Shown piece by piece: positions 20,648 to 30,155 of a DNA stretch of 33,024 nucleotides; within the stretch, counting starts at the first letter, position 1; the number at the start of each line of letters is the position of its first letter. The position numbers and the translations under genes were made by a program. This stretch comes from Actinomycetota bacterium. Lineage in GTDB: Bacteria > Actinomycetota > Nitriliruptoria > Nitriliruptorales > Nitriliruptoraceae. The notes beneath the pieces were generated by a model, which had not been told where the DNA came from, did not search any database, and saw nothing but the letters and a program-made list of their open reading frames with translations. The DNA lies in NCBI GenBank assembly GCA_041163825.1, contig JBEAQO010000129.1, forward strand, positions 1 to 33,024. The letters are read 5' to 3'.

Positions 20648-21934
20648 GTGGGAGAGCACGCCGAGCTCCTCGCGCGCCATCGGGCCGTGCTTCCGCGCTG
20701 GATGGCGCTCTACTACGACGAACCGATCGAGCTCGTCCGTGGTGAGGGCCGCCACGTCTGGGACGCCGAGGGGCGCCGTTACCTCGACCTCTTCGGCGGG
20801 ATCCTCACGACGATGACGGCCCACGCGCTGCCCGAGGTCGTCTCGGCCGTGCAGGAACAGGCCGCCCGCATCCTCCACACCTCGACGCTCTACCTCATCC
20901 GCTCCCAGGTCGAGCTCGCGGAGGAGATCGCGCGGCTCTCGCCGATCCCGGACGCGAAGGTGTTCTTCACGACCTCGGGCACCGAGGCCAACGAGGCCGC
21001 ACTCCTCATCGCGGCGACGGTCCGGCGCTCGAACCAGGTGCTCGCGATCCGCAACAGCTACCACGGGCGCTCGTTCGCGACGATGGCGGTGACCGGCAAC
21101 CGCTCGTGGTCGGCCTCGAACCTCTCACCCGTCGACGTCAAGTACGTCCACGGCGGCTACCGCCTGCGCAGCCCCTTCCGCGCCCTCGACGATGCCGCGT
21201 TCACCGCCGCGTGCGTCGACGACCTGCGCGACGTGCTCGTGACCCAGACGGCTGGCGATGTCGCCTGCATGATCGCCGAGCCCATCCAGGGCGTGGGCGG
21301 GTTCGCGACCCCTCCGGACGGGTTCTTCGGTGCCATGAAGCCCGTGCTCGACGAGCACGGGATCCTGCTCATCGCCGACGAGGTCCAGACGGGGTGGGGA
21401 CGGACCGGTGAGCACTTCTGGGGCATCGAGGCGCACGGTGTCGTCCCGGACATGATGACGTTCGCCAAGGGGCTGGGCAACGGGCTGACCATCGCCGGCG
21501 TCATCGCTCGCGGCGAGCTCATGGACAGCATCGGTGCCAACTCGATCTCGACGTTCGGGGGCAACCCGCTCTCGACCGCCGGGGCGCTCGCGAACCTGCG
21601 CTACCTCGTGGAGCACGACCTCCAGGCCAACGCCGCCAAGGTCGGCGGCGAGCTCCTGCGCACGCTGACCGAGCGTGCGCCCGAGTGGCCGGCGGTCGCC
21701 GAGGTGCGCGGCAAGGGCCTGATGATCGGCATCGAGCTCGTCCGGCCCGGTTCCCTCGAGCCCGATGCGGCGGCCGCTGCCCGGGTCCTCGAGGCGACCC
21801 GACGGGCCGGGGTCCTGGTCGGCAAGGGCGGCCTGCACGGCAACGTGCTGCGCATCGCTCCGCCGCTCACGATCACACCGGACGAGGCGGCCGAGGGCCT
21901 CGAGGTCCTCGACGCGGCGCTCTCGGGGACCTGA
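20648..21934 (+). CDS. Class-III PLP aminotransferase (GabT / AGXT2-like omega-amino acid aminotransferase)
   Basis: TSGTEANEAAL, IAEPIQGVGGFATPP, ADEVQTGWGRTG, FAKGLGNG (PLP Lys) and TFGGNP are present. GTG 20648 is preceded by GAGGAGGG. The ORF-track start at 20450 adds non-homologous Arg/Gly-rich sequence. The 4-aminobutyrate substrate is inferred from context only. Confidence 0.78.
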   Translation: MGEHAELLARHRAVLPRWMALYYDEPIELVRGEGRHVWDAEGRRYLDLFGGILTTMTAHALPEVVSAVQEQAARILHTSTLYLIRSQVELAEEIARLSPIPDAKVFFTTSGTEANEAALLIAATVRRSNQVLAIRNSYHGRSFATMAVTGNRSWSASNLSPVDVKYVHGGYRLRSPFRALDDAAFTAACVDDLRDVLVTQTAGDVACMIAEPIQGVGGFATPPDGFFGAMKPVLDEHGILLIADEVQTGWGRTGEHFWGIEAHGVVPDMMTFAKGLGNGLTIAGVIARGELMDSIGANSISTFGGNPLSTAGALANLRYLVEHDLQANAAKVGGELLRTLTERAPEWPAVAEVRGKGLMIGIELVRPGSLEPDAAAAARVLEATRRAGVLVGKGGLHGNVLRIAPPLTITPDEAAEGLEVLDAALSGT

Positions 21935-21940
21935 ACGGGT

Positions 21941-21974
21941 CCGCCCTGTGGGGGCGGCCTCGGCGCCTCCGAGG
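21941..21974 (+). terminator. Two tandem 6-bp GC hairpins after the GabT-like gene (CCGCCC-tgtgg-GGGCGG, then CCTCGG-cgcct-CCGAGG)
   Basis: They start 7 nt after the stop (21932-21934) and are back to back. A -10-like TAGGAT follows at 21987-21992. There is no U-tract. Confidence 0.3.
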
Positions 21975-22058
21975 GCTCGGGCTGCGTAGGATGGTGGCGG
22001 GACCGGGCGCCGGAGCGGCGCCCGACGGGACGGCCAGGGTGCCGGGGAGGAGCGGGTC

Positions 22059-23270
22059 ATGACGGAGCGGCAGCGGACGACGGCAGGTGGCGACCTCGAC
22101 CCGGCGGTCCGGGCACTGGCGGCCTCGGGGGCGCTGAGCCGGCGCTCCTTCCTCCGCGGCCTCGGTCTCGGTGGTGGCGTGCTCGTGGGCTCGAGCCTGC
22201 TGGCGGCATGCGGCATCGGGGCCGGTGGAGGCGGCGGTGCATCCGGTGGGGACCCCTCGAAGCTCGTGTTCGCCAACTGGCCGCTCTACATCGACCAGGA
22301 CGACGACGGCAACTCCGAGACGCTGGCGATGTTCACCGCGGAGACCGGCATCGAGGTCGAGTACCTCGAGGAGGTCAACTCCAACGACGAGTGGTTCGCC
22401 CGGTTCCAGGCGCAGCTCGCGGCCGGTGACCCGATCGGTCGGGACCTGACCTCGCTCACCGACTACATGGCAGCGCGCATGATCCTGCTCGACTGGGTGG
22501 AGGAGATCGACCAGTCGAACGTCCCCAACCTCGCCAACATGCTGCCGGCGCTCAAGGAGGTCTCGTTCGATCCGGGTCGGACGCGGTCGGTCACCTGGCA
22601 GTCGGGCTTCACGGGGATCGGGTACAACCCGAAGCTCACCGGTCGGCCGCTGACGAGCATCAACGACCTCTTCGATCCGGCCTTCGCCGGCAAGGTCGCG
22701 TTCCTCTCCGAGATGCGCGACACCACGGGCCTCGTCATGGCGTCGATGGGGGTCGATCCGGAGTCCCATGACTTCGCCGACTTCGAGGCGGCGGTCGCCA
22801 AGCTGGCCGACGCCTCCGCCAGCGGGCAGATCCGGCGCTTCACCGGCAACGACTACTCGGGCGACCTCGTCTCCGGCGACCTCGTCGCTGGCGTCGCATG
22901 GTCGGGGGACATCATCCAGCTGCAGCTCGAGAACCCCGACCTCGAGTTCGTCATGCCCTCCGACGGCGGCTACCTGTGGTCGGACAACCTCATGATCCCC
23001 AAGGGCGCGGCCAACAAGGAGGGCGCGGAGGCGATGATGGACTTCGTCTACCGCCCCGAGATCGCCGCCCAGATCGCGGCCTACGTGAACTACATCACCC
23101 CGGTGCTCGGTGCGCAGGAGGCGATCGCCGAGATCGACCCCGAGCTCGCCGAGAACGAGCTGATCTTCCCGTCGGCCGCGACCCTCTCCAACACCTTCGA
23201 GTACCTGGTGCTCGACGAGGACGAGGAGCGCGCCCGGCAGGACCTGTTCCAGACGCTGATCGTCGGCTGA
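22059..23270 (+). CDS. potD: ABC transporter substrate-binding lipoprotein, spermidine/putrescine (PotD/PotF) family, Tat-type signal
   Basis: Twin-arginine motif SRRSFLRGL is followed by an h-region and lipobox LLAAC-G. The mature part (LVFANWPLYID..., WSGD, LMIPKGA) is typical of polyamine-type SBPs. It is followed by the cognate ATPase and two permeases. GGAGGAG lies upstream of the ATG. Confidence 0.8.
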   Translation: MTERQRTTAGGDLDPAVRALAASGALSRRSFLRGLGLGGGVLVGSSLLAACGIGAGGGGGASGGDPSKLVFANWPLYIDQDDDGNSETLAMFTAETGIEVEYLEEVNSNDEWFARFQAQLAAGDPIGRDLTSLTDYMAARMILLDWVEEIDQSNVPNLANMLPALKEVSFDPGRTRSVTWQSGFTGIGYNPKLTGRPLTSINDLFDPAFAGKVAFLSEMRDTTGLVMASMGVDPESHDFADFEAAVAKLADASASGQIRRFTGNDYSGDLVSGDLVAGVAWSGDIIQLQLENPDLEFVMPSDGGYLWSDNLMIPKGAANKEGAEAMMDFVYRPEIAAQIAAYVNYITPVLGAQEAIAEIDPELAENELIFPSAATLSNTFEYLVLDEDEERARQDLFQTLIVG

Positions 23271-23310
23271 TGGGGACCCGCGGCTCGGTGGCCCGGGTGC
23301 GTCCGGGCCG

Positions 23311-24501
23311 ATGAGCACGGATCCATCGCAGGGCCCGGCCGAGGTGCGGCTGGTCGACCTGACCAAGCGGTTCGGTGGCGCCGGCCGGCGGGCCGGCGAC
23401 GACGGGGTCGTCGCCGTGGACGGGGTCAGCTTCACCATCCCCGCCGGCGGGTTCTTCGCCATGCTCGGGCCCTCGGGCTGTGGGAAGACCACCACCCTGC
23501 GCATGATCGCTGGGCTGGAGGACCCGACCTCCGGGAGCATCCTGCTCGGGGACGACGACATCACCCACCGCCGCCCCTACCGCCGGCCGGTCAACACGGT
23601 CTTCCAGAACTACGCCCTCTTCCCGCACCTGACGATCTCGGAGAACGTCGCGTTCGGCCTGCGGCGCACCCGCGCCGACGACATCGAGGCCCGGGTCGCG
23701 GAGATGCTCGAGCTCGTCGAGCTCGCTGCTCTGGGCTCGCGACGACCGAGCCAGCTCTCGGGCGGCCAGCAGCAGCGGGTCGCGTTGGCGCGCGCGCTGG
23801 TCAACCGCCCCCGCGTCCTGCTCCTCGACGAGCCGCTCGGCGCCCTCGACCTCAAGCTCCGGCGCGCGATGCAGCTCGAGCTCAAGCGCATCCAGGACGA
23901 GGTCGGCATCACGTTCGTCCATGTGACCCACGACCAGGAGGAGGCCATGACGATGGCCGACTCGATCGCCGTGATGCGGGGCGGTCGCGTGGAGCAGCTC
24001 GCCGACCCGGTCGAGCTCTACGAGCGTCCGGCGACCGCGTTCGTCGCGAACTTCCTCGGGCAATCGAACCTGCTCGAGGGGACGGTGGAGGAGCGTGCGG
24101 GCGAGCACGCGGTCGTCGCCGTCGGGGATCGACGGCTCCGCGTCCCCTCGGACCGACTGCCCCCCGATGGCGGCGCGCGGTTGAGCGTCGGCGTCCGTCC
24201 CGAGAAGCTCGAACTGCTCCTCCCGGGCGCCGCGCCGGCGGCGGCGTCGGACAACGAGCTCGATGGGGTGCTGCTCGACTCGAGCTTCACCGGGGTCAGC
24301 ACGCAGCACAGCGTTCGCCTGCCGTGGGGTCAGGAGATCGCGGTCTTCACCCAGAACCGCGGCCCGTCGATCGCGGCGGGTCCGGGCGATGCGGTGCGCG
24401 TCCGTTGGGAGGCACGCCACACGTTCGCCGTGCCCATCGACGCGACCGTCGTCACCGATCCGCTGCTGGAGGACGCGGCCGAGGTCGAGGTCCCGCGGTG
24501 A
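23311..24501 (+). CDS. potA: ABC transporter ATP-binding protein, PotA/PotG-like, with C-terminal TOBE-type domain
   Basis: Walker A GPSGCGKTT, Q-loop, signature LSGGQQQRVALARAL, Walker B LLLDEPLGALD, H-loop VTHDQEEA, and a roughly 130-aa regulatory C-terminal extension. Confidence 0.9.
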   Translation: MSTDPSQGPAEVRLVDLTKRFGGAGRRAGDDGVVAVDGVSFTIPAGGFFAMLGPSGCGKTTTLRMIAGLEDPTSGSILLGDDDITHRRPYRRPVNTVFQNYALFPHLTISENVAFGLRRTRADDIEARVAEMLELVELAALGSRRPSQLSGGQQQRVALARALVNRPRVLLLDEPLGALDLKLRRAMQLELKRIQDEVGITFVHVTHDQEEAMTMADSIAVMRGGRVEQLADPVELYERPATAFVANFLGQSNLLEGTVEERAGEHAVVAVGDRRLRVPSDRLPPDGGARLSVGVRPEKLELLLPGAAPAAASDNELDGVLLDSSFTGVSTQHSVRLPWGQEIAVFTQNRGPSIAAGPGDAVRVRWEARHTFAVPIDATVVTDPLLEDAAEVEVPR

Positions 24502-25361
24502 GCGCCGCGGCCGTCCTGGCCCCCCGTCGACGGCTCGTCCCCTACCTGCTCCTGCTCCCGGGGATGCTCTGGCTGGCCGTCTTCTTCGTCCTCCCGCTGC
24601 TCACGCTCGCCACGACCTCGCTTCAGGAGGGCTCGATCTCGCAGGGCTTCGAGCTGACCTGGCGGATCGCGAACTACTCGGACGCGTTCGTCGCCTACCG
24701 GGACCAGCTCGTCCGCTCGTTCCGCTACGCCGCGGTGGCCACGGTGCTCGCGCTCGCGATCAGCTACCCGCTCGCGTACGCGATCGCGTTCCGGGCCGGT
24801 CGGTGGCGCAACCTCATGCTCCTCCTGATCGTCGCGCCGTTCTTCACCAGTTTCCTCGTCCGGACCCTCGCCTGGAAGATCATCCTCGCGGACAACGGCG
24901 GCGTGGTCTCGTTCCTGCGCACGATCGGGATCCTCGGGTCGGACGGTCGGGTGCTCGCGACCTCGATCGCGGTCGTCGCAGGGCTCACCTACAACTTCCT
25001 GCCGTTCATGACGCTTCCTATCTACGCCTCGCTCGAGCGTCTCGACCCTCGGCTCATCGAGGCGGCGCAGGACCTCTACGCGAACCCCGTCACCGCGTTC
25101 CTCCGGGTGACCTTCCCCCTCTCGCTCCCCGGGGTCGTCGGGGGGACGCTGCTCACCTTCATCCCGGCCGCCGGCGACTTCATCAACGTCCGCTTCCTCG
25201 GCACCCCGGCGCAGTCGATGGTCGGCAACGTCATCGAGAGCCGATTCCTCGTCGCGCTCGACTACCCGACGGCCGCGGCGCTCTCGCTCACGCTGATGCT
25301 CGCCATCCTGCTGCTCGTCACGACCTACGTGCGTCGTGTCGGGACGGACGAGCTGCTGTGA
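24498..25361 (+). CDS. potB: ABC transporter permease (PotB/PotH-like)
   Basis: Six-TM BPD-type permease with the EAA loop IEAAQDLYANPVTAFLRVTFPLSLPG. GTG 24498 overlaps the potA stop (GTGA). Confidence 0.88.
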   Translation: MSAAAVLAPRRRLVPYLLLLPGMLWLAVFFVLPLLTLATTSLQEGSISQGFELTWRIANYSDAFVAYRDQLVRSFRYAAVATVLALAISYPLAYAIAFRAGRWRNLMLLLIVAPFFTSFLVRTLAWKIILADNGGVVSFLRTIGILGSDGRVLATSIAVVAGLTYNFLPFMTLPIYASLERLDPRLIEAAQDLYANPVTAFLRVTFPLSLPGVVGGTLLTFIPAAGDFINVRFLGTPAQSMVGNVIESRFLVALDYPTAAALSLTLMLAILLLVTTYVRRVGTDELL

Positions 25362-26236
25362 GCGTGGACGGCGTGGGCGGTATCGGCGACGGGACCCGGA
25401 GGGCCGGAGGGCGTGGGGCCGCCGGGATCGAGCGCCCGTCCCTCGCCTGGCGCGCGTGGCGCGGCCTGACGCGCAACATCGTCACCTTCTACGCAGCGTT
25501 GGCGCTGCTCTACCTCTTCCTGCCGGTGTTCGTCGTCGTCCTGTTCAGCTTCAACGACAACGTCGGTCGGTTCAACTTCGCCTGGCAGGGCTTCACCCTC
25601 AAGTCGTGGCTGAACCCCTGTGGGGTGATGGGGCTCTGTCCGGCGATGGTCCGCAGCCTCCAGATCGCGGCGCTCTCGACGATCGTCGCCACCGCGCTCG
25701 GGACGATGATCGCGTTCGCCCTGGTCCGGCACCGCTACCGCGGCCGGTCGGCGACGAGCACCATGATCTTCCTCCCGATGGCGACCCCGGAGATCGTGCT
25801 CGGTTCGTCCCTGCTCGCGCTGTTCCTGAACCTGGGCATCGCCACGGGGTTCGGGACGATCCTGATCGGTCACATCCTCTTCAACATCAGCTACGTGGTC
25901 ATCACCGTGCGCGCACGTCTGCAGGGGATGGACGCGACGCTCGAGCAGGCGGCGATGGACCTCTACGCGGACGAGGTCGCGACCTTCCGCCGGGTCACGC
26001 TGCCACTGGTCATGCCCGGCATCATCTCCGCGGCGCTCCTGGCCTTCGCGCTCAGCTTCGATGACTTCATCGTGGCGAACTTCAACGCCGGGACCACGGT
26101 CACGTTCCCGATGTTCGTCTGGGGCGCGGCGCAGCGGGGGGTCCCGCCCCAGATCAACGTCATGGGTTCGGTGATGTTCCTCGTGGCGCTCGTCGCGATG
26201 GTCGTCGGTGGCGTGCTGCAGCGGGTCCGGCGGTGA
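25358..26236 (+). CDS. potC: ABC transporter permease (PotC/PotI-like)
   Basis: BPD-type permease with the EAA loop [30 protein letters not shown] 25358 overlaps the potB stop. GTG 25364 and 25373 are alternative starts. The N-terminal ~35 aa are Gly/Arg-rich. Confidence 0.85.
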   Translation: MSVDGVGGIGDGTRRAGGRGAAGIERPSLAWRAWRGLTRNIVTFYAALALLYLFLPVFVVVLFSFNDNVGRFNFAWQGFTLKSWLNPCGVMGLCPAMVRSLQIAALSTIVATALGTMIAFALVRHRYRGRSATSTMIFLPMATPEIVLGSSLLALFLNLGIATGFGTILIGHILFNISYVVITVRARLQGMDATLEQAAMDLYADEVATFRRVTLPLVMPGIISAALLAFALSFDDFIVANFNAGTTVTFPMFVWGAAQRGVPPQINVMGSVMFLVALVAMVVGGVLQRVRR

Positions 26237-27243
26237 TGGGGACGACAGGACCCACGGATCCGTCCTCGCCGCCGCGTTCGGTCTCGCCGACGGGCAACGT
26301 CGGACCGGTCGACGCGACGGTGGTCCCGCGGTTCGCAGGCGCGCCGACCTTCGCCCGGCTCCCGAGGCTCGACGAGGTCGGTCGCGCCGATGTCGCGATC
26401 CTGGGCGTCCCGTTCGACGCGGGCACCTCGTACCGGCCCGGCGCACGGTTCGGACCGGGGCACGTGCGCGCGTCGTCGCGGCTGCTCCGACCGCACCATC
26501 CCGGGCTCGACGTCGACCCGTTCGGCGAGCAGCAGGTCGCGGACGCGGGCGACCTCGCGGTGGACCCGTTCGATCTCGAGCGTGCGATCGCGGCGATCGA
26601 GGCCGGGGCGCGGGCCCTGATGCCGCGTGCTGACACGCTGCTCGCCCTCGGGGGCGATCACACCATCGTGCTGCCGCTCCTGCGCCCGCTCTCGGAGCGG
26701 CACGGTCCCATCGCGGTGCTCCACCTCGACGCGCACCTCGACACGTGGGACACCTACTTCGGTGCGCCCCACACCCACGGGACCGTGTTCCGTCGTGCCT
26801 CGGAGGAGGGACTCCTCGACGAGCGGCGCTCCGTCCATGTCGGGGTCCGGGGTCCGCTCTATGCGCGTGAGGACCTCGCCGACGACGCCCGGCTCGGGTT
26901 CGCGGTCGTGACGACCGAGGACTACGCGCACCACGGGCTGGCCGGGGTCGTCGAGCGCGTCCGTTCGCGGCTCGGCACGGGCCCGGTCTACGTCTCCGTG
27001 GACATCGACGTGCTCGATCCGGCGCATGCGCCGGGAACGGGCACGCCCGAGGCCGGCGGCCTCTCGGCCCGCGAACTGCTGCTCACGCTGCGGGCGCTCG
27101 CTGGCCGCACCATCGTCGGTGCCGATGTCGTCGAGGTCGCGCCCGCCTACGACCACGCCGAGCTGACCGGCATCGCCGCGGCGCACGTCGCCTACGAGCT
27201 CCTGGCGCTGCTCGCGCTCGGCCGAGGGAAGGACGGGCGATGA
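26233..27243 (+). CDS. speB: Ureohydrolase of the agmatinase / guanidinobutyrase / guanidinopropionase subfamily
   Basis: Arginase-fold Mn ligand motifs are present: [18 protein letters not shown] and [22 protein letters not shown]. The N-terminal [13 protein letters not shown] block is shared by the GbuA/GpuA/agmatinase clade. The start overlaps the potC stop. The speB symbol is tentative because the substrate cannot be read from the sequence by eye. Confidence 0.8.
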   Translation: MMGTTGPTDPSSPPRSVSPTGNVGPVDATVVPRFAGAPTFARLPRLDEVGRADVAILGVPFDAGTSYRPGARFGPGHVRASSRLLRPHHPGLDVDPFGEQQVADAGDLAVDPFDLERAIAAIEAGARALMPRADTLLALGGDHTIVLPLLRPLSERHGPIAVLHLDAHLDTWDTYFGAPHTHGTVFRRASEEGLLDERRSVHVGVRGPLYAREDLADDARLGFAVVTTEDYAHHGLAGVVERVRSRLGTGPVYVSVDIDVLDPAHAPGTGTPEAGGLSARELLLTLRALAGRTIVGADVVEVAPAYDHAELTGIAAAHVAYELLALLALGRGKDGR

Positions 27244-28706
27244 CGCTCGAGGCGACGATGCTCATCGGTGGCCGCCGGGTCCCGGCTGCGGACGGACGCT
27301 GGATCGAACGGGAGGACCCGGCCACCGAGGAACTGCTCGGGCGGGTCCCGGCCGGTGGTGCCGCCGAGGTCGACGCCGCGGTCGGCGCCGCCCTCGCAGC
27401 CGCCGACGACTGGCGCTACACCTCGGCGAGCGAGCGCGCCGACCTGCTGCACGCCGCCGCCGACGCGACACGGACCCACCACGAGGACCTCGTCGAACTG
27501 CTGACGCGCGAGCAGGGGAAGCCGCGCCCCGAGCAGGACGAGGAGCTCGAGTGGTCGGCCTCGACGCTGCGCTACTACGCGGAGCTCGGCCGCAACGGGT
27601 CGGGACGGGTGCTGCCGTCGGGCGAACCCCGCACGCAGCTCAACCTCGTCCTCAAGGAGCCCTACGGGGTGGTCGGGGCCATCGTGCCCTGGAACTACCC
27701 CATCCTGCTGCTCGCCTGGAAGCTCGCGCCCGCGCTCGCGGCGGGCAACACGCTCGTCATCAAGCCCTCGGAGCTGACCTCGCTCGTCACGCTGGAGTGG
27801 ATCGAGCGCTGCTTCGCCGACCTCCCGCCGGGGGTCGTCAACGTGGTCACCGGGGAGGGCCGCGAGGCCGGCGAGGCGCTGGTCGCGCACCCGGACGTGC
27901 GCGTCGTCGCGATGACCGGCTCGGTCGCGACCGGCCAGCGCATCGCGTCGGTCGCCGCCCCGATGATGAAGCACCTCCATCTGGAGCTCGGCGGCAAGGA
28001 CGCGTTCGTCCTCGCACCGGATGCCGACCCGGCGACGGCGGTGGAGGCGCTGACCTACGCGGCCCTGCTCAACACCGGGCAGGTCTGCACGTCGGCCGAG
28101 CGGGTGTTCGTGCCGCGCGCGCAGCGTGATGGGTTCGCGGAGGCCGTGGCGGCGGCGGTGGCGGACCTGAGGCTCGGGCACGGGCTCGAGGCGGGCACCG
28201 ACCTCGGGCCCATGGCCGCCGATCGCTTCCGCGACAAGGTCGACGCGCACGTCGCCGATGCTCTCGCGCACGGCGCGCGCGTCGTCGCCGGCGGGGGTCG
28301 GCCGGACCGACGTGGGTGGTTCTACGAACCGACGGTCCTCGTGGACGTCGAGGACTCGATGCGCATCATGCGCGAGGAGACCTTCGGGCCGACCATCCCG
28401 ATCGCGACCTACGACACGCTCGACGAGGTCATCGGTCGCATCAACGCCTCGGAGATGGGGCTCGGCGCCACCCTACGCTCGTCGGACCCGCGCACCATCA
28501 AGCGCTTCTACGAGGGCGTCAAGGTCGGCACGGTCTGGATCAACGACCCGCTGACCGACAACCACGCTGGGCCCTTCGGCGGGATGCGCATGACCGGAGG
28601 CGGGCGCGAGCTCGGACCGGAGGGCCTCGAGACCTTCCTCGAGACCAAGCACGTCCACTGGGACCTCAGCGAGGACCGCAAGGACTGGTGGTACCCCTAC
28701 GAGTGA
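27240..28706 (+). CDS. NAD(P)-dependent aldehyde dehydrogenase (second ALDH paralog)
   Basis: Contains [29 protein letters not shown], catalytic Glu in LELGGKD, catalytic Cys in [11 protein letters not shown], and EETFGP. An ATGA overlap links it to the ureohydrolase gene. Confidence 0.88.
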   Translation: MTLEATMLIGGRRVPAADGRWIEREDPATEELLGRVPAGGAAEVDAAVGAALAAADDWRYTSASERADLLHAAADATRTHHEDLVELLTREQGKPRPEQDEELEWSASTLRYYAELGRNGSGRVLPSGEPRTQLNLVLKEPYGVVGAIVPWNYPILLLAWKLAPALAAGNTLVIKPSELTSLVTLEWIERCFADLPPGVVNVVTGEGREAGEALVAHPDVRVVAMTGSVATGQRIASVAAPMMKHLHLELGGKDAFVLAPDADPATAVEALTYAALLNTGQVCTSAERVFVPRAQRDGFAEAVAAAVADLRLGHGLEAGTDLGPMAADRFRDKVDAHVADALAHGARVVAGGGRPDRRGWFYEPTVLVDVEDSMRIMREETFGPTIPIATYDTLDEVIGRINASEMGLGATLRSSDPRTIKRFYEGVKVGTVWINDPLTDNHAGPFGGMRMTGGGRELGPEGLETFLETKHVHWDLSEDRKDWWYPYE

Positions 28707-28716
28707 GGAGGGGCCG

Positions 28717-30096
28717 ATGGCGCTCCCGACCGGACGGCTCGACCTCGCGGCGCTCACCGCCGCGGTCGAGGACGGCGCGATCGACACGGTCGTCGTGGCC
28801 TTCCCGGACCACTACGGGCGCCTGCACGGCAAGCGCGTCGACGGCGCGCACTTCGTCACCGAGGTGCACGACCACGGCACGCACGGTTGCGACTACCTGC
28901 TCACGGTCGACATGGAGATGGAGCCGCAGGCGGGCTTCCGCTACGCGAACTGGGAGCGCGGCTACGGCGACTTCCACATGGTCCCCGACCTCTCGACCCT
29001 GCGAGTGGCCGCATGGCTCGAGCGCACGGCCATCGTGCTCTGCGACCTCCACGACCCGACCGACCACCGCCCCGTCGCGGTCGCCCCTCGCTCCGTCCTG
29101 CGCCGCCAGCTCGAGCGCGCGGCGGCGCTCGGGCTCGAGGTCGTCGCGGCGAGCGAGCTCGAGTACTACCTGTTCGAGGACTCCTACCGCGGGGCGCACG
29201 AGCTCGGCTACCGCGACCTGACCCCGGCCGGCTGGTACCTCGAGGACTACCACCTGCTCCAGGGCACGCGCAACGAGCGCTACCACGGTGCCGTGCGCCG
29301 GGCGCTCAACGCCTCGGGCATCCCGGTCGAGAGCTCCAAGGGGGAGTTCGGGCGCGGCCAGCACGAGATGAACGTGCGCTACGCGCCGCTGCTCGAGATG
29401 GCGGACCGCCACGCCCTGATGAAGCTCGCCATGAAGGAGATCGCGGACGAGGCCGGCGTCAGCGTGACCTTCATGGCCAAGCCGGACGCGGCGGAGGCCG
29501 GGTCGTCGTCGCACCTGCACCTGAGCGTCTGGCGCGCCGGCGTGAACGCCTTCGCCGGCGACGAGGAACTGGGTCCGGTCCGGGGCTCGGATACCTTCCG
29601 GCACTTCCTCGGCGGCTGGCTCGCCCACGCCGAGGACCTGACCGCACTCATGGCGCCGACCGTCAATTCCTACAAGCGCTACGTCGACGGGTCGTGGGCC
29701 CCGACGCGCATCGCCTGGAGCCACGACAACCGCACCGCGGGCTTCCGGGTCGTGGGATCCGGATCGAGCCTGCGCATCGAGTGCCGCATCCCCGGCGCGG
29801 ACGTGAACCCGTACCTCGCGTACGCCGGCGCGCTCGCCGCCGGGCTCGACGGCATCGAGCGCAGCATCGAGCCGCCCCCGATGTTCTCCGGGGACGTCTA
29901 CCAGGCGGCCGACCTGCCGCGCATCCCGCGCGACCTCGCGGAGGCGACCGAACGCTTCGCGGGCTCCGCCTTCGTCGCCGAGCGGCTCGGCGCGGAGGTC
30001 CAGGAGCACTACGCGCACTTCCTCCGCCTCGAGCACGCGGCCTACTCGGCGGCCGTCACCGACTGGGAGCGCGCGCGCTACTTCGAGCGCGTCTGA
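28717..30096 (+). CDS. Glutamine synthetase family protein (gamma-glutamyl-amine synthetase, GlnA2/3/4- or PuuA-like)
   Basis: GS catalytic-domain blocks are present: SELEYYLF, KGEFGRGQHEMNV, FMAKP, GSSSHLHLSVW, NSYKRY, WSHDNRTAGFRV and ECRIPGADVNPYL. The size (459 aa) and N-terminus (IDTVVVAFPDHYGRLHGKRV) fit the actinobacterial GlnA-like paralogs rather than GSI GlnA. GAGGAGGGG lies upstream of the start. Confidence 0.85.
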   Translation: MALPTGRLDLAALTAAVEDGAIDTVVVAFPDHYGRLHGKRVDGAHFVTEVHDHGTHGCDYLLTVDMEMEPQAGFRYANWERGYGDFHMVPDLSTLRVAAWLERTAIVLCDLHDPTDHRPVAVAPRSVLRRQLERAAALGLEVVAASELEYYLFEDSYRGAHELGYRDLTPAGWYLEDYHLLQGTRNERYHGAVRRALNASGIPVESSKGEFGRGQHEMNVRYAPLLEMADRHALMKLAMKEIADEAGVSVTFMAKPDAAEAGSSSHLHLSVWRAGVNAFAGDEELGPVRGSDTFRHFLGGWLAHAEDLTALMAPTVNSYKRYVDGSWAPTRIAWSHDNRTAGFRVVGSGSSLRIECRIPGADVNPYLAYAGALAAGLDGIERSIEPPPMFSGDVYQAADLPRIPRDLAEATERFAGSAFVAERLGAEVQEHYAHFLRLEHAAYSAAVTDWERARYFERV

Positions 30097-30155
30097 GCCG
30101 TCCGCATCCTGCTCGCGGCTAGCCTCTCGACGCGTCGCCGACGAGGAGCGGACGG

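Noticed and set aside
21991-22062. 23-codon upstream ORF (MVAGPGAGAAPDGTARVPGRSGS) whose TGA overlaps the SBP start codon (ATGA), a possible polyamine-sensing leader peptide
   Set aside because: It has no SD. Its ATG overlaps the only -10-like hexamer in the gap (TAGGAT 21987-21992), so it may not be transcribed. A 23-codon stop-free stretch is unremarkable at this GC content. It is worth a look only if ribosome profiling exists.
30098-30155. Long-range 8-bp pairing (CCGTCCGC at 30098-30105 with GCGGACGG at 30148-30155) flanking the GS-like/SDR intergenic region, as a possible RBS-masking structure
   Set aside because: The arms are about 40 nt apart with little supporting internal pairing. 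The SD (GAGGAG) itself is not within the paired arm. A single 8-mer complement in GC-rich sequence is weak evidence.
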